In this document: piece by piece, positions 28,475 to 41,808 of the stretch
How positions within the stretch are numbered: the first letter of the stretch is position 1
Layout of the letters: every line of letters begins with the position of its first letter
Source of the DNA: Ophelia neglecta
Taxonomy: Eukaryota
Reading direction: 5' to 3'
Length of the DNA stretch: 64,000 nt
NCBI GenBank assembly: GCA_965285935.1
Contig: OZ260663.1
Span: 68,572,001 to 68,636,000 of the forward strand
Notes under the pieces: model-generated
Told to the model about the DNA's origin: nothing
Database searches by the model: none
What the model saw: only the letters and a program-made list of their open reading frames with translations
Translations under genes and position numbers: made by a program

Positions 28475-30785
28475 GCGTAACTCTTATTGTTTTGGACATG
28501 CTTTTCATTGATAAATGCACTCCCCCTGCAATACAGTATGGATAGGTTTGACAAACAGAATGCAGCACCCAAAGAGTTTTGGAATTTATAGTTAGGCCAA
28601 ATATCCTTGATTTAATTTACGCTGAGTATTTGTGCACACCCGTTCCAGCCCCAACTAACTCGAATAGCATTAGAAAGACCATCAATATACTGCAGTTTTT
28701 AAGACTGTTAAAGTATGAAGATATGTGACTTCATTGATATAAACCACTCGCTCCTTCAGGCCTCATGATATATGTATCTTCTATATTTGGTACCTTCTTT
28801 TGCATGACTTACAGAAGGAACTAAAACCATAAAACTGAATGGTTGATTGGTCTTACTTAATGTCCCATTCTGTACGGAGTAGGCACAGAAGTGAGCAGAA
28901 GCAAAACAAAAACTAAAAATAAATGATAGAAAAAATGCCCCCTCATAATAGGTAAGCAAATATTTATGGCTACAAGGCAGTACAAGCATAAATACAATGA
29001 TTTAAGTACCGTCTATCTCAGTGGTCAGATAATGCCTGGCTGCACTGATTTTCATGAACATACACATGCACAGTACATGCAATAATACTACAGTGTTGTA
29101 AAGTCCCAATCTTAGGTTCATGGTCCATAATGAATTCAAATATCTCATAGGAAAGGACACAAAGATCACTATTTCCAAGTCACTTATTTTCCAGCACAGT
29201 AGATCTAGTTATGAGGTGATGTTTATCTAATCAGCCGATATTCATTAGTAGTTTTGTTAATCTAAGAACCAATGGAAACAATTTTATAATACATGAAGGA
29301 AAAAACACGATCGGACCATGATCATACGATTATCATCAGATACATATACACAAGTACTTAGGTAACATTAGGCAAGTAGATCTACATGTCATCAGAGATA
29401 AACATTGTTTGTAAATAATGAAAATACACTTCAATAAAAATAAATTTTGACCTTAGGCTTCTGAGATGTTAAATTCTAGGGCACATGTACTTAATGACAA
29501 AGGAGATTAGAAATGTAAGCCCATGAGCCAACCAACTATTAGTAAACATGTTTGATGTAGGCCTACAGTTGGGTCAAGATAAATTTTTTTCTCTCTATTG
29601 GCTTTGATTTCTGGAAATTGGTTTGTAATTGTGGGAGTGACTGCTGAAAAGTAGATGAGGAAAACCTGACCAGAGCTTGTTTCCATCCCATCACCCTGCA
29701 TGGAAAGAGTCATACGCCCCATGCTTGATGCTTGTTCTGATTTTCATTCAGAAAGGTCCATTTCTCCGGTTCACAATATTGTGCCTAAGCAACTGGCATG
29801 ATTAATTATAGATTTAAAATTTAGATCTGCATGACTTTGGGACAGGACAAGCGAGCATGTTAATGTCTCTGGGCACGACAACTGGGTAAGATGCCCAAGG
29901 GGAGGGCATACTGTTGGGTATACAACGTACTTGAATACCACTTGATATAAAAAAACCTGCGCGAACAAAGTCGCAGAGTTTTTCTCAGATTTCTTAGCCT
30001 GAGGTATAATGTATTGAAAAAAGGTTAAAAAACTGATGTCAGCTCTTTAATGCTCTGCGTTGCTAGAGTAAAATCTTGTCCAGTGAGGTCCGCAGGCTCC
30101 CCTATTTCAGAGGACCCATATTATGACCCCATTTTGGCAAAAGAAATTATAGTTAAGACTGATGGTTGTGCCAAATGCATGTCTAGAGGGGTATTAACAA
30201 TTTAAGTGGCAACTGCCGCCCCCCCCCCCCCCCCTGGTTAAATTAGTTCATGAATCTCTTGGCTTTAAACAGCTTTTTAAATGTAGGCCTATTTTCTTAT
30301 GGATAGGCTCTATTGATGTGGCCCATTTCACAAAATATTGTATCTACAAAGACCAACATACCCAAGTGATTTTCAGACTTGGGTTATCAAGATATAACCC
30401 TATGCCTGCCGGTATTTGAAAGAGAGAAAGAAAGAAAAAAGAGAAATGTCTTAACGTCTCTCATTGATCAAATTAACAATTTTATCTTTGACCAAATGTG
30501 TTGTAACTTCAGTTATCAGCTGGTTATACAGCTGCAATACAGTTAACTATCTACCGCATATATAAAGGTTTAGGACAGATACTGCATTCACATTCTAAAT
30601 TGACAGATAGGTAAGATTAGCCCTAGATCCTTGATCCCTGGATCTCTACCCGACCATGCCGGCTACCCGCGCTGTCTGAGGGTATTGACCCGCAACATGC
30701 ATCAAAGGGAAGCCGGCCACTTGACTACCCGCATAAACAATACGAAACACTATAACATATTAATAAAATTATACCAGGTACTTAC

Positions 30786-30955
30786 CGTTTGTATAATAAA
30801 TACAGGTGTGTAGAAATTGTGAGTATATGGCTGCTTTTATTTAGAATTAGCTGTCCTGCACGCAGAGAAAACTGATTATAAACCACAACACGCCACGGTC
30901 GGCCCACTTGCGCAGAACATGTGGTAGGAGCAACCGGCCCGCGCAAACCAATCAA
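30786..30955 (-). promoter_or_regulatory. Probable non-coding first exon and promoter of Elovl2/5
   Basis: The ATG exon starts with an acceptor (TTACAG|G at 25572), so an upstream exon is needed. There is a strong donor ACG|GTAAGT at 30786/30785, a TATA-like TTTATAA at ~30880 and a CCAAT at ~30948 in a CpG-enriched patch. Confidence 0.55.
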
Positions 30956-31148
30956 AATGCAGCTTCTTTTAACTGGGTCATGTCAAGGTCGCATTGTGAA
31001 CTGTCGCCATTATCACTTGCTTTCCATGAGACATGTGTTTTTGTTGATGAACAACGTTTTGCAACCCATATTGACAGTGTGAATGAAGACCTAGGGTTTT
31101 TCTATTTAATTTTGATCTACACTTCGTAAGTATAGAAAAAAACGAGCA

Positions 31149-31229
31149 TATAAACTCTTACAAGCACAATCATCATAATTCAGTCAGTCACATACCAACG
31201 GCACACCGCGCCGGTTCTCTTCTGCACAG
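31149..31229 (+). promoter_or_regulatory. TATA + Inr core promoter and short first exon of a + strand transcript
   Basis: TATAAA at 31149-31154, TCAGTC Inr at 31180-31185 and donor CAG|GTACTT at 31229/31230. A second strong donor TTC|GTAAGT is at 31125/31126. Confidence 0.45.
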
Positions 31230-31467
31230 GTACTTGTTCTTGTGTGTGTGTAGGGGTGGGGGGGCGAGCTACATAGATCGCCTGACAGCTATCCCAACGG
31301 TGTATCTAGAATGCGCATCCGTGTCGAATCGTGTCAAACGTACCGGCTGGATAATTACCCAAACAGAGCTGAAATAGCATTTTAGATACACCGGCCCCTA
31401 TCCCATCCCACCCCCACGGACTGTGTAACGAGTACAAACACTTGCTCTTCAAACTAGTCAGCTAGAG

Positions 31468-32249
31468 CGGTCCCGGGTCAACTAGCGCGGGTGCCAACTT
31501 GCACGGTGTTCTATGTGCCAACTCGCGTGGCAGGCAACTCGCGTGTGCTTGTTTTAATATAACGTTAGTTTAGTATGTTGACAAGACATCCATAACTTCT
31601 ATTATGATTTGTTAATATGAAAAAAATAAATAGAAACCATTACTCGCCCTAAACATAGTCACCCTTCATCCAAGTCGGCACATAGAAAAGTGCTGGTTCC
31701 TCGATTAACTGGAAGCCCCATTATAAGTGAATGGGATTCCAGTAGTTGTAGTAAAACTTAGATATTGAATCATGTATTTTCTCTCAAATATTTGTTTTCT
31801 GGATATTGATAGGTGATTTTTCAGGCAGTTTATTCATCTGGCTATCGAGTGATGCCCTTCGTTACCCCAGCAAAATAGTAAGCTTGCCAGCCATTTAATT
31901 TGTGACTAAGGACCTAGGGGTATATGGTAGAGTTTTCAATGTGGTCGGCCTGTTTGCCGACGAAGCCCTAGATGGTAACTAGTGAACTCGCCTTCGAGTG
32001 CCCTACATATTTTATTTCTCATATCTGAGATTAGAAAGCACTGTGACATGGGAATGAGCAATATATATATATAGTTTTAAAAATTCTCGCGATCTATCTG
32101 GCGGTTAAATGACCACAAGTTATTTTTACCACGGCAATGTAGTAAACCAATCCGAACACAATAACTGTGAAAATAACCTCGAGCAACTTGGCACCCGCGC
32201 AAGCTGTGGCCTGCGCAACTTGTGGCCCGCGCGAGTTGACTGGACACTG
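31468..32249. mobile_element. Non-autonomous DNA transposon with GC-rich subterminal repeats
   Basis: CTAGAG|CGGTCCCGGGTCAACTAGCGCGG ... CCGCGCGAGTTGACTGGACACTG|CTAGAG (6-bp TSD), with short repeated CAACT(C/T)GC-type motifs near both ends. Confidence 0.75.
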
Positions 32250-32914
32250 CTAGAGCGCTAGGCCTGAGTATTCGTTATTTATCACGGGGGGGGGGGGGGG
32301 GGACAGAAAATCAGTCGTTCAAATTATTTATGACCCCGACCCTGTGAAAATTTGTACCATGAAATAGTATAAATTGATATATTTTAAATTCATCCACTTT
32401 TGCAAAATACTGTAATGTTCACTTAAAACTGATTGATCGTGAAATCATTACATGCGAACATTGAATTTGCATGTGTATAGAGCCTCTAGCTACCAATTTA
32501 AAACCGGTGGGATGACTTTTTTTTGCAAATTACAAGAGCAAATTTAAACTCACAGGAACAATTTTACCCTTTGTAACATTTTGCGCATGTTTTAATATAC
32601 TTTAAAAGATAATTGGGAAGGCCAGCTGTTCAAAATAAAAATTCCAGAGCTAGTTTTGAATTTTAGGAAAGCTGATCACCTGTTATATAATTATTTCTAT
32701 GTTAACTGTCATGTGCTTCATTACTGACCCATTGTATAAAGGCCTTGACCAGATTATTGGTAAGGGCATGAAAAGAATGGACCTATAGCAGTATTGAACT
32801 CAGATGGATTGCTGATGCTGCACTGCCGAAGACACAACCATGGACATTTAGGCCACTGGTGGTTGACTGGTTTATGGTCACTGGTAGTAAAAACTACACT
32901 TCACCACTGATATA

Positions 32915-34040
32915 GTGTACACAGTTCAATCAGGTCCGTTCAGTTCAGAAGTGTACCATGACCATACCTTAATCTTCACGGATGGGTCGAAGCTTGAAGA
33001 GAAAGTGGCGGCGGCAGCTGTCTCCCATGCTTTCACCTCCAGGATGCGCCTCCCTGATCACAGCTCCATTTTTACTGCCAAAATAATGGCCATTGATCTT
33101 GCTCTGGACCATATTATCCAGTCTAGAGACAGAAAATTGGTTATTGCCTCAGACTCAATGCCGTCGTTCCAGGCTCTAGAAGGGTTTTGTAAGCAGGTCT
33201 AACCCTTTGATTCTCTCCCAACGAGAAACCTTAAATAAAATCCTCAAAAGAGGCAAAACCATTGTACTTCTGTGGGTGCCCAGCCAAGTGGGCATCAAAA
33301 GCAAAGAGGTTGTCAACAGATGTGCAAAAGAGGCTCTGGAAGGTTACATCTTCCCAATTAAGATCCCGCCTAGTGACTACAAGAGCCCAATAAACCAGTA
33401 TAGCTGGAAACAATGGCAAACAACCGGGGACCAGGCCGTAGAAAACAAACTGCACCCTGTCTTCCCCACCATACTGAAATCATTTTGACAGCCTCTTGCG
33501 TCCGGGATGGACGACTTGTCTAGTCTGCCAATCAGCCACCCCCATTTTACACACACTCACCTTCTGAGAAGAGAGGACCCACCTTTTTGTGATGCCTGCC
33601 ATTGCCAGATTACCATCCAACATATTATGTTGGAATGTAGCGTTTTCGCCGAGGCTAGATACCGTTTTTATAGCTTTAACAGTCTCAAAACCTTATTCAA
33701 CAAGGTCTGCCCACAGGAGATCCTTAATTTCTTAAAATCTATAGATCTTTACTACAAAATGTAGTAGATCTTAAACATGGAATCCATTTTAAAAGTTTAT
33801 GGAACTTTCTTTTATCTATTTATTGAAAAAGTAACCTTTAATCTTCCTGTACTAGCACTTTTTAGTCAGAAAAACATCTGACCAATCCACCTAGAAGATT
33901 TTTTATAAAATAGAGCACAATAACCGCTTCTTTCTTCTATTACCCCCATAAATATAATTAGGCAGTACAATAAATGATAAACTATACACAACTTTAGGTA
34001 CGGAATGACCCACATGGTGTCGTTAAGCCCCAAAAAAACA
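32915..34040 (+). mobile_element. 5'-truncated, frameshifted non-LTR retrotransposon (I/Nimb-type) with RNase H and C-terminal CCHC region
   Basis: IFTDGSK, SIFTAKIMAI, ASDSM, VLLWVPSQVGIKSKEVVNRCAKEA and THTHLLRREDPPFCDACHCQITIQHIMLEC are split over three ORFs. The 3' tail is TGACC..GTCGTTAAGCCCCAAAAAAA. Confidence 0.9.
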
Positions 34041-36190
34041 GTGTAAAATGAGTATGACAGTGTTGACCACTAATAGCAACTCATATTCAAGGAATTCCTT
34101 TGTGCCCTTGACTTTAAGCTTTGTCTAGTTTTTAGATCAGATTGAGAAAACTACATGTGCAAGGCCTTGTGGTGCTGGTCTATTGGTGTAGGATTGGTGT
34201 GACACACATAGTGAACTCCAATAAATATCTATTAAAAGTTGCATAAAGACATTATATAAAAAACAGAGCTTAAGAAAAGGGTGGCACACATTTATTTCGG
34301 GCCAATAAGCAATTAAAAGCAAGCTGAACCTATTTCATGGTTATATGAAAAAAAATATATGTCTTTGGTTTCTTAATTATTGGCAGGAATGGCAAACACA
34401 TTGTAAGGTTGTTTTGCCCTATAACTAACATGCCTAATTCCATTAATGGAGCTCTCATGTTGGATAGATCATTTTACTATGCTGTAAAATTTAGATTTTG
34501 TCTAGTTAACATAGCAGATTTGAAGTAGTACACTAACTTTCAAATTTCGTATCTATAATTTAGGCAGTTCCTATTTTTGCTACAGCTTACAGAAACAGGT
34601 TCGGACAAATATCTAGTTGTATTATCTGTGGATGAATGTATTCATGGTTAAATCTAAGAATATTATTCATAGTATAGTGCAAAAGAAGTATTAATGTTTA
34701 GCCCAATGCGGTTGTAAGGAGAGTGAGAGTGCACACTGCTTGCCTTTAAATATCATAAGTGGAAAACCTTTTTTACCAAAAATAAAATATATATCAACAC
34801 TTTCTCGGTATATGTAAAATGGTGAAGAAATCTATAGGGGGAGGTTGCAAGTTATATCTGTGAATTTACAGGGAAACATATTGTAATTACAGAATGAGTG
34901 GTACTCTTTGGTAAACATGTACATAAATTGTATTGTCAAATGTATAATATATCATATGCTGAATGTAGTACGCCTATCTGTATGAGTAAATTCAAATATG
35001 GTAATCACCCAAACATAGTTTATATATACACATTAGATTTATAGCCATGTTGAAATGATGTATTTTTTAAAGCTAAGAACGTTATTTGAATGTTGTGTAT
35101 GTATTATGGTGTGTTCAGTTTTTGGAATACATACCTGTAACTGGCGGCACAAACATCAAGACCCAATGCTTATTTGCATTAGTTCTACACTGTGTTTGTA
35201 CAAGCTTAAAATAATTTATTATTGGTGCTATGCTTCCCCACAAAGAAAAAGTAAATGTATTTGTTAAGAAGTTTATTTATACACTTATATTAAAAGAATA
35301 GTTGAGTAAATGCAAATTCCCATATGGCCAATAATTCTAGACAAAATTATCCTAAATAAAATTGACAGGTAGTTCTTCCAGGTACTGTTTTAAAAATAAT
35401 ATCTTCTTAATAAATTAAATCATGTTGGTAGTTATAAACTTGCACAATAAACATAGGGTAAATCATTGTTTATTGTATCCAGGATCTATATGTTTATTGT
35501 ACTCTTTGTACAAGTATTGTAGATCTTATGTAAAAGCATGAAAACTTATGTGATAATGGGTAATGAAAATTATCCCTTCTAAGTGCTTCCTGCTAGGATT
35601 CTTCAAGCAATTTACTAATTTACACAATTATTCAGGAGGAAAAAGTTTAAATAATGTTTAGTTATATACAGATATATTTTATTAGAGGCATTGTTATTTT
35701 TAAACGTAATTATTATGCATTACTTGATACAATGGTTTTTTTTTATGTATACATAATAATAAACATCAGGCATAAGTTTACACAAGGTTAATAGCAAAAA
35801 TCAGACACTTAATTGTAATACTGCATGCTACACCATACCAATATATATTCCAAAGATTGAAAACACTTGTTGCTATATAGCTGTATTCATCACATATTTT
35901 TAGCTACATTTATATATATACTGAAGGCCCTCAAGAGTATAAGTTATTTGACCAAGATTTTAAATTTTGATCTAGGTATTTAGGAGAAATTTTTTTCTTT
36001 GCACTTTCATTGATTACAAGAATTTGTGTTTTTAGAAGAAAAAAAGAGTTTACTTTATTTGGTGTTATAACTTACTTGATGTGTAGGTGTACATGCCAAT
36101 CCTTTTTTCTAATTGGATTAATCCAGTGTACTAACAATGTAGGCCGGTTACACAGGGTATGGGTGTTTCGAAGGTTATTGACTTGTTTGT

Positions 36191-39100
36191 TTAGGTGGGA
36201 TGACCTGTGTTCTTTTCATTTGGATCTATCTCCTCTGGAATGGAATTACCATTAATTGCTGTGATTTGACGCACCCTCAGACTACAAGATCTTGTCAGTG
36301 GGATAGTATGGTCTGTGACATTGCCAACGGCAGTGCATCCATCTTCTGCCTGACCAATATTTGTCTCCATAGTTCCTGATAAAGCTACAGACAAAGAAAA
36401 GTCAAGTTGCATCTGTGTACTATGTCCTGATGTGGAGGGATATGGGCCAGCCACATTCTCCTCAGACATGTTTGCTTCGGTCATTTTTTTGCCTTTCTGC
36501 TTCACCCATTTGCTCTTACTTGCACTTCTCTTTGAGATGCGTTTTCGAGTTTTCTTTGATTGTTTGTCCACCTCTTCATTGTCATCATCAGCTTTGTCAT
36601 TTTTGCTTATGTTCTTTTCATTACTCGTTTTGTTTCTTTCACTGCTATCTTCATTTGCTTGAGGGTTAACAGTTTTTAACTCTAGATCAGTGCCACCTCC
36701 GGTAGAGTCCCACCTGGTGTAAGATTCACTGGAACCTTCCATTTCTTCTTCATCTTCCAGCAGCTGTGCACAGGAAATTGTGGAAAATGTATACAGAAAA
36801 GGATTAAGGGAGGAATTCACAGGAAATATGAACACAGCTATCCACATGGCTATCTTAGGGTCCACAGTTGCGCCCCGTAGAGATGTGATGCCAATAATTA
36901 TCGGAGGAATCCAGCAGGCACAATCAGTGAGAACAACTAAAGCCAGCTTGCGAGCAATTTTTGCTTCCAAGTCCCCAGTTAAACCTGTTCTTATGGCTAT
37001 GGATAGAAATACCCCTATATATCCAATGGCTAGGAATATAAGTGCGGCAAGATTAAAACCAACAAATATGGCTGTCGCATACTCCCATCCTGTTACTTTG
37101 CCCTCAGTGAGATTAAACAAGAAGCATATGCCATGCTGAATATAAGTGTTTTTTCCAAAGTAATTTAGATTTATTATAGGAAGCATACTTAATATGCCCC
37201 AAATGAGCCATCCAATAAAGGTAAAGGCCTTGATTGTGCGCCTACCAAAACCTCGCTTACCAAAACCAATTACGAGCACTCTGTCTGCAGTGATCAGAAC
37301 TAAAACATATACTGACATCTCAGAGGAGAGCATTGAAACAAAACCTGCCAACTTGCAAAAAAGAGACTTCCTCCATGTGGCATCATACAAATAATAAACT
37401 CCTCTGTAGTGTAAATCAGCCCCGGCAATAATAAGCAGATAAATACCCATTAGCAAGTCTGCAATGCCTAAATTTTGAATAAGGAATGACAAAGGTGTTG
37501 TCTCTTCCTTTTTCTTTCTCCACATAATTACTCCAAGATTGCCCAAAAAGGCAACCAATGCCAATCCCCAAATACCAAATCGGAGATAGACACTGGCCAT
37601 TAAATCAGAACAGGTGGAATATTCTGTTGGAGGATGAGTACATGCGTCCACATGTGTGGCAGCACAACAGAACTGAAACCCAGGAGTGAAAAGCACATCC
37701 AAACTAAGGAGCTTAAGAAAAGTTTTCTCGTGGACTAACTCCAAAGGGTTAAATCTTAGGTCTAGAAATTTCAGAGATTTCAAACCTTGTAGAGCATACT
37801 CTGAAATGTATGTGATTTGATTGTAAGAAAGATTCAGGTATTGAATTCTTGACATGCCGGAAAATGCGTTTGCAGCAATTCCTTTAATGGCCAACATTTC
37901 CAGGTGGAGTTGAGGAAGTTGATGTAAACCATAGAAAGAAAACCCATCCACATTTTTTATAGGGTTCTGGGTCAGATCCAGAAATCGTACACCTGGGAAA
38001 GATGTAAAGAGGTATGTGGTTAATGAAGAAATGTGATTTTTTGACAGAATCAAGTCCCACAGGTTTCTCAGCACCCTGTCAGGGTCAGCTGATTGAGCAG
38101 TGGGAGAGTTGAATCCGTACTGGATATCCTTTTCTGAAATACCATTTTCAGTAAGATCTAAGCGAAACAATCTAGGAAAATATCTATAGAAGTTTGGAAG
38201 GAATGGAATTTGATTCCTGGGTAGTAGCAGGATTCTTATTTCTTCAGGCAACTGAGGAATGGTGGTCAATCCTTGTTCTGCACAGCTAACAGCCATTCCT
38301 TCACACTGGCAACCATTTGGACATTTATATCGACAGTTGGCTTCGTCAAACCCACTTTCACAGTCCTTCACTCCGTCACATAGGCCATCCAGTGGGATGC
38401 AGGCAGAATGAGAATTGCACCGAAATTTTCCATCACATTTAGTGTCCAACACATCTGGCTGCTGAAATGGAAACTCGTCACACAGCATTTCATCCTCACC
38501 AAATGGACATGTGTTGTGACCATCACACACTCTGTCCATCTCAATACAATAACTTTTGTAGCATTTAAACATTCCTGGGCACACAGCTTCTTCACAGTGG
38601 TCAACTGTAGACTGGCCTGGCCCTTGACAGAGCAATTGGTTGTTGAATCTCAGCACACATGCACTGCTTCGTGGATAGCATTGGTTGGCATCAGGCTGTT
38701 TTATAGCATCATTGCATGCCATGTGGTGTGGGTTGTAGACACTGCATGTCCATGATACATTTGCAGATATCTGAACACACTTTTGCTCTATTAATCTGGC
38801 AGGGTCATGGGTAGCTAGCAACTCCTTAAAGGGGCATGTATCTTTAGGGCCACACCCCCAAAGCATGCAGTAGTCACAGTCTTTTTCATCTAGGCCACCA
38901 GTGCATTCTGCTTGGTAGTTACATAACTCTGCTGGTGAAATGCATTTGGTCTTGTCACAGGTTAATGCAGAATTCTTAGTGCACATTGGCACTAGGTTCC
39001 AGACACATTGTTCATCAGAATTATCACGGCAGTTTTTTTCCTTATCGCAAACCTGTGAACCATGAATTATTTCACCACTCTTACATTTGAAGTGCATCGT

Positions 39101-40144
39101 GCCTACTAAAGACTTTCTTTGATGAAATACATATGTGATATTTCTAGTCTCCTTGTCCCTTTGAACAAGCACCTCTGTTTCCCAAAGTGCGGACTGGTTT
39201 GTGAGTATCTGCTCATCACAGTCAACCTCATCAGTGTTTTGGGGGCAATGAGAGACTCCGTCACACCAGAATTGAGCCAGAATACATGAACCGTCGGAAC
39301 AGGTTTTGAAATCAATTGGACAGTTTTTTGGTTGGTTGTCTGTCGAAATGGAGGCAGTTTGGCATAACACATGCTGGGTGTCTTCTGGTTTCACTATTGC
39401 TTTGCAGTTGGCCATCTTTTCAATCTCCCATGTGGTCAGATTTAATTGATCTATTTTTGATACTAGTTTATGACATGCAGTGTAATTGCTGTCTGTTTTA
39501 TTTGTGGTGTTATCTTGTTGTTGATTATGCAATGGAGTAGCAACCCATACTGCCCCGTGTTCTTTTTTATGACCCCACATGATAAATACCTTGTTTACCC
39601 ATTCTAAATCTTTATTTGATATGACTGCTGTCTCTCCGCCATATCTCTTACACAACATGCTAGCTACGGATGGGTCAAACTCCTCTGAGTGTGGTAAAAA
39701 GAAAGGATGATTGTAGGAAAACAACATATAGCATTTAGAATGGTAAGCTTCCCAGTCACGACCACACTCTAAGTCTGATTGTTGTCTTCCCACTAAATTT
39801 TGGCTTATGTTGCTTTGTAGTAAACCCAAAATTATGTCATTTTTTTCCTTTTTCAATTTACTTCTCTCCAGGGTGTCAGTTTCATCTGTTCCATATTCAC
39901 ACACCACCCCCATATTTGGATTGCTCCATTCACCTGGAATTTTGACCCATCTTGTATTGACTTGGGGTGTGTAAACTGCCATTGCAACTTTGTCATTATG
40001 GCTGTGATGCATTCCAAAGAGTTCTTGATGATTAATTCTTGTCCAGTTTGTGGAGACAGTCGGGTACATCTGGTCACCCCATTGGGTTTGGTACCATTCA
40101 GCAAAGGTCAACAGGCCACCCTCAGACCATTGGAAGTTATGAGT
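36191..40144 (-). CDS. GRL101-like LGR GPCR, coding exon 2 (end of CTL1, CTL2, LDLa repeats, LRRNT, LRRs, 7TM, long C-tail; 1317 aa)
   Basis: Acceptor TTTCAG|ACT CAT at 40144 is in frame with the 1306-aa ORF. LDLa repeats (CSDGSCILAQFWCDGVSHCPQNTDEVDC etc.), CPNGCQC LRRNT, LxLxxNxI repeats, FCC..CSDLM hinge, NLGIADLLMGIYL, ITADR, CWIP and NSSLNPFLY. Confidence 0.95.
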   Translation of the reverse strand, partial: THNFQWSEGGLLTFAEWYQTQWGDQMYPTVSTNWTRINHQELFGMHHSHNDKVAMAVYTPQVNTRWVKIPGEWSNPNMGVVCEYGTDETDTLERSKLKKEKNDIILGLLQSNISQNLVGRQQSDLECGRDWEAYHSKCYMLFSYNHPFFLPHSEEFDPSVASMLCKRYGGETAVISNKDLEWVNKVFIMWGHKKEHGAVWVATPLHNQQQDNTTNKTDSNYTACHKLVSKIDQLNLTTWEIEKMANCKAIVKPEDTQHVLCQTASISTDNQPKNCPIDFKTCSDGSCILAQFWCDGVSHCPQNTDEVDCDEQILTNQSALWETEVLVQRDKETRNITYVFHQRKSLVGTMHFKCKSGEIIHGSQVCDKEKNCRDNSDEQCVWNLVPMCTKNSALTCDKTKCISPAELCNYQAECTGGLDEKDCDYCMLWGCGPKDTCPFKELLATHDPARLIEQKCVQISANVSWTCSVYNPHHMACNDAIKQPDANQCYPRSSACVLRFNNQLLCQGPGQSTVDHCEEAVCPGMFKCYKSYCIEMDRVCDGHNTCPFGEDEMLCDEFPFQQPDVLDTKCDGKFRCNSHSACIPLDGLCDGVKDCESGFDEANCRYKCPNGCQCEGMAVSCAEQGLTTIPQLPEEIRILLLPRNQIPFLPNFYRYFPRLFRLDLTENGISEKDIQYGFNSPTAQSADPDRVLRNLWDLILSKNHISSLTTYLFTSFPGVRFLDLTQNPIKNVDGFSFYGLHQLPQLHLEMLAIKGIAANAFSGMSRIQYLNLSYNQITYISEYALQGLKSLKFLDLRFNPLELVHEKTFLKLLSLDVLFTPGFQFCCAATHVDACTHPPTEYSTCSDLMASVYLRFGIWGLALVAFLGNLGVIMWRKKKEETTPLSFLIQNLGIADLLMGIYLLIIAGADLHYRGVYYLYDATWRKSLFCKLAGFVSMLSSEMSVYVLVLITADRVLVIGFGKRGFGRRTIKAFTFIGWLIWGILSMLPIINLNYFGKNTYIQHGICFLFNLTEGKVTGWEYATAIFVGFNLAALIFLAIGYIGVFLSIAIRTGLTGDLEAKIARKLALVVLTDCACWIPPIIIGITSLRGATVDPKIAMWIAVFIFPVNSSLNPFLYTFSTISCAQLLEDEEEMEGSSESYTRWDSTGGGTDLELKTVNPQANEDSSERNKTSNEKNISKNDKADDDNEEVDKQSKKTRKRISKRSASKSKWVKQKGKKMTEANMSEENVAGPYPSTSGHSTQMQLDFSLSVALSGTMETNIGQAEDGCTAVGNVTDHTIPLTRSCSLRVRQITAINGNSIPEEIDPNEKNTGHPT

Positions 40145-41808
40145 CTGAAATTGTTGAAATTAAGTCAGTTTGTAGTATTGGTTAATGTCTACTAGAGTGA
40201 CAATTCTACGTAATGTGACTTGGAATTAAAGTTATAAACAAGTGAATTTTCAGTGACCAGTTATCAAATTTATAGAATATCTTGATTCTTTGAATTAAAA
40301 AAAAACATTTTGAAGTTGAAAATTCATGCTTGTTATAAGATAAATCTGAATTGTAAAAAAATGATGTTAAATTGAAATTTAACTGAAAGTACGATATTTG
40401 AAGCTGGCCTAATTGAATGCAATATTTTCTAAGAAGGAGAATGAGTCCCTTGCATCTAATTATCAATAAAGAAATATATATGATCAGTCACTTTTGATGG
40501 CAATTAAAATTGTCAATCAAACTTTGCTAGTGCAACATGTCTTTTTTCATTGGGGAGACAAGAACTTGCTTTATATATTTTTAAATCACAAAACAATTCA
40601 ATACTGCACCTAATGGTTACCATGATAATCACATATCCCTGTCCGGAGAGCTACCAGCAATGGTGCTTTTTTACAGTCTCAGGGTCAAGAATAATTATGG
40701 TTTCATAATTATGCACCTTGAATTTTGTTGGGTTTTCAATTTTTTGTTTCATACATACAACTTTATAAGAGTTTATAATAGTCATGGGTGAAGCCCCCAC
40801 TTCAGTGTGGAAGAGTTAGCCCAAATATGGGTGGTGCAATTGACTTGAAAGTTATAGGAAATACAGGAGTGCAAACACGACACCAATGTTAGTTTTTCCA
40901 AATTTGAAATGCAATTAATTCAATTTTTCTGGTAAAAAAGACCAGTTTTCAAAATGAAAAGTCCGTATGGGCAAGGCATTAAATTTAAAAACCGAAAATT
41001 GAAATCATTTCTTCTTTTGGCACCCATGGTTTTCTTTTTTGGAGCAAATTCCAATACTTTGCCTGGCATGTCCCCATGCACTTTACATGGAGAAGCTGAA
41101 GAGTGTGTTGTTATTGATCATGATAATGCAGCCATGCGTAATAACTCTTAATCAGACTTGGTCTTGCCTTGATTTTGAAGTTTGCCTCATTATTCTAATA
41201 AATGATAGAGTTTGTTTCTGTCTGCTTGCTTTTGGTTAATATCTCTGGATGACACAAAAAAAAGAGAGATACTAGTAATCAGATGTAAAGACTACAGGCC
41301 GACATGTTAGCATGTTGTTTAGTTCCCAGTGTGAACGACAAAGACTTCAAAGATGGCATAGTGACAGTGGTAATTGAACATGCCCGGGATCTAGCATGAA
41401 CAACAAAAGATCTAGCTAGCATTCATGAGTTTTGTGAAGAAAATGTGACAATACTAAAAACATTTATTTATAATAAGTTACCATAGCAACCTAAAATAAA
41501 ATATGCTCATAATTTTGTATTGGGCGGAAGAGTTGATATTAAAGCAATGCAACCAAAGCTTAAGACTCCAGCCTACTGGGGATAGGCAGGCACACTGTGA
41601 CAGTTGCTGAAACTGTGGTTAGCTGTGTGGGAAATCACAGTCTGCTATAATCAAATATTACTTTAGTGGACATTACAGTTGGCAATCTGACAAGGAAACA
41701 TTGATGGTAATAATAATTATCAATGAAAATTGTTCAGACAAGAGTAATGATTGTTAGTTATATGATCCTGTGTTTTTTTTATTTTGTAGTATTGGGCAAA
41801 GCCTCATC

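Noticed and set aside
32915-33764. Cellular RNase H1 gene
   Set aside because: Frameshifted, missing catalytic residues and followed by a LINE-type CCHC region and tail, so it is a retrotransposon relic.
36415-40195. Multiple + strand and alternative-frame ORFs over the GPCR exon
   Set aside because: Shadow ORFs of a long coding exon with no recognisable motifs.
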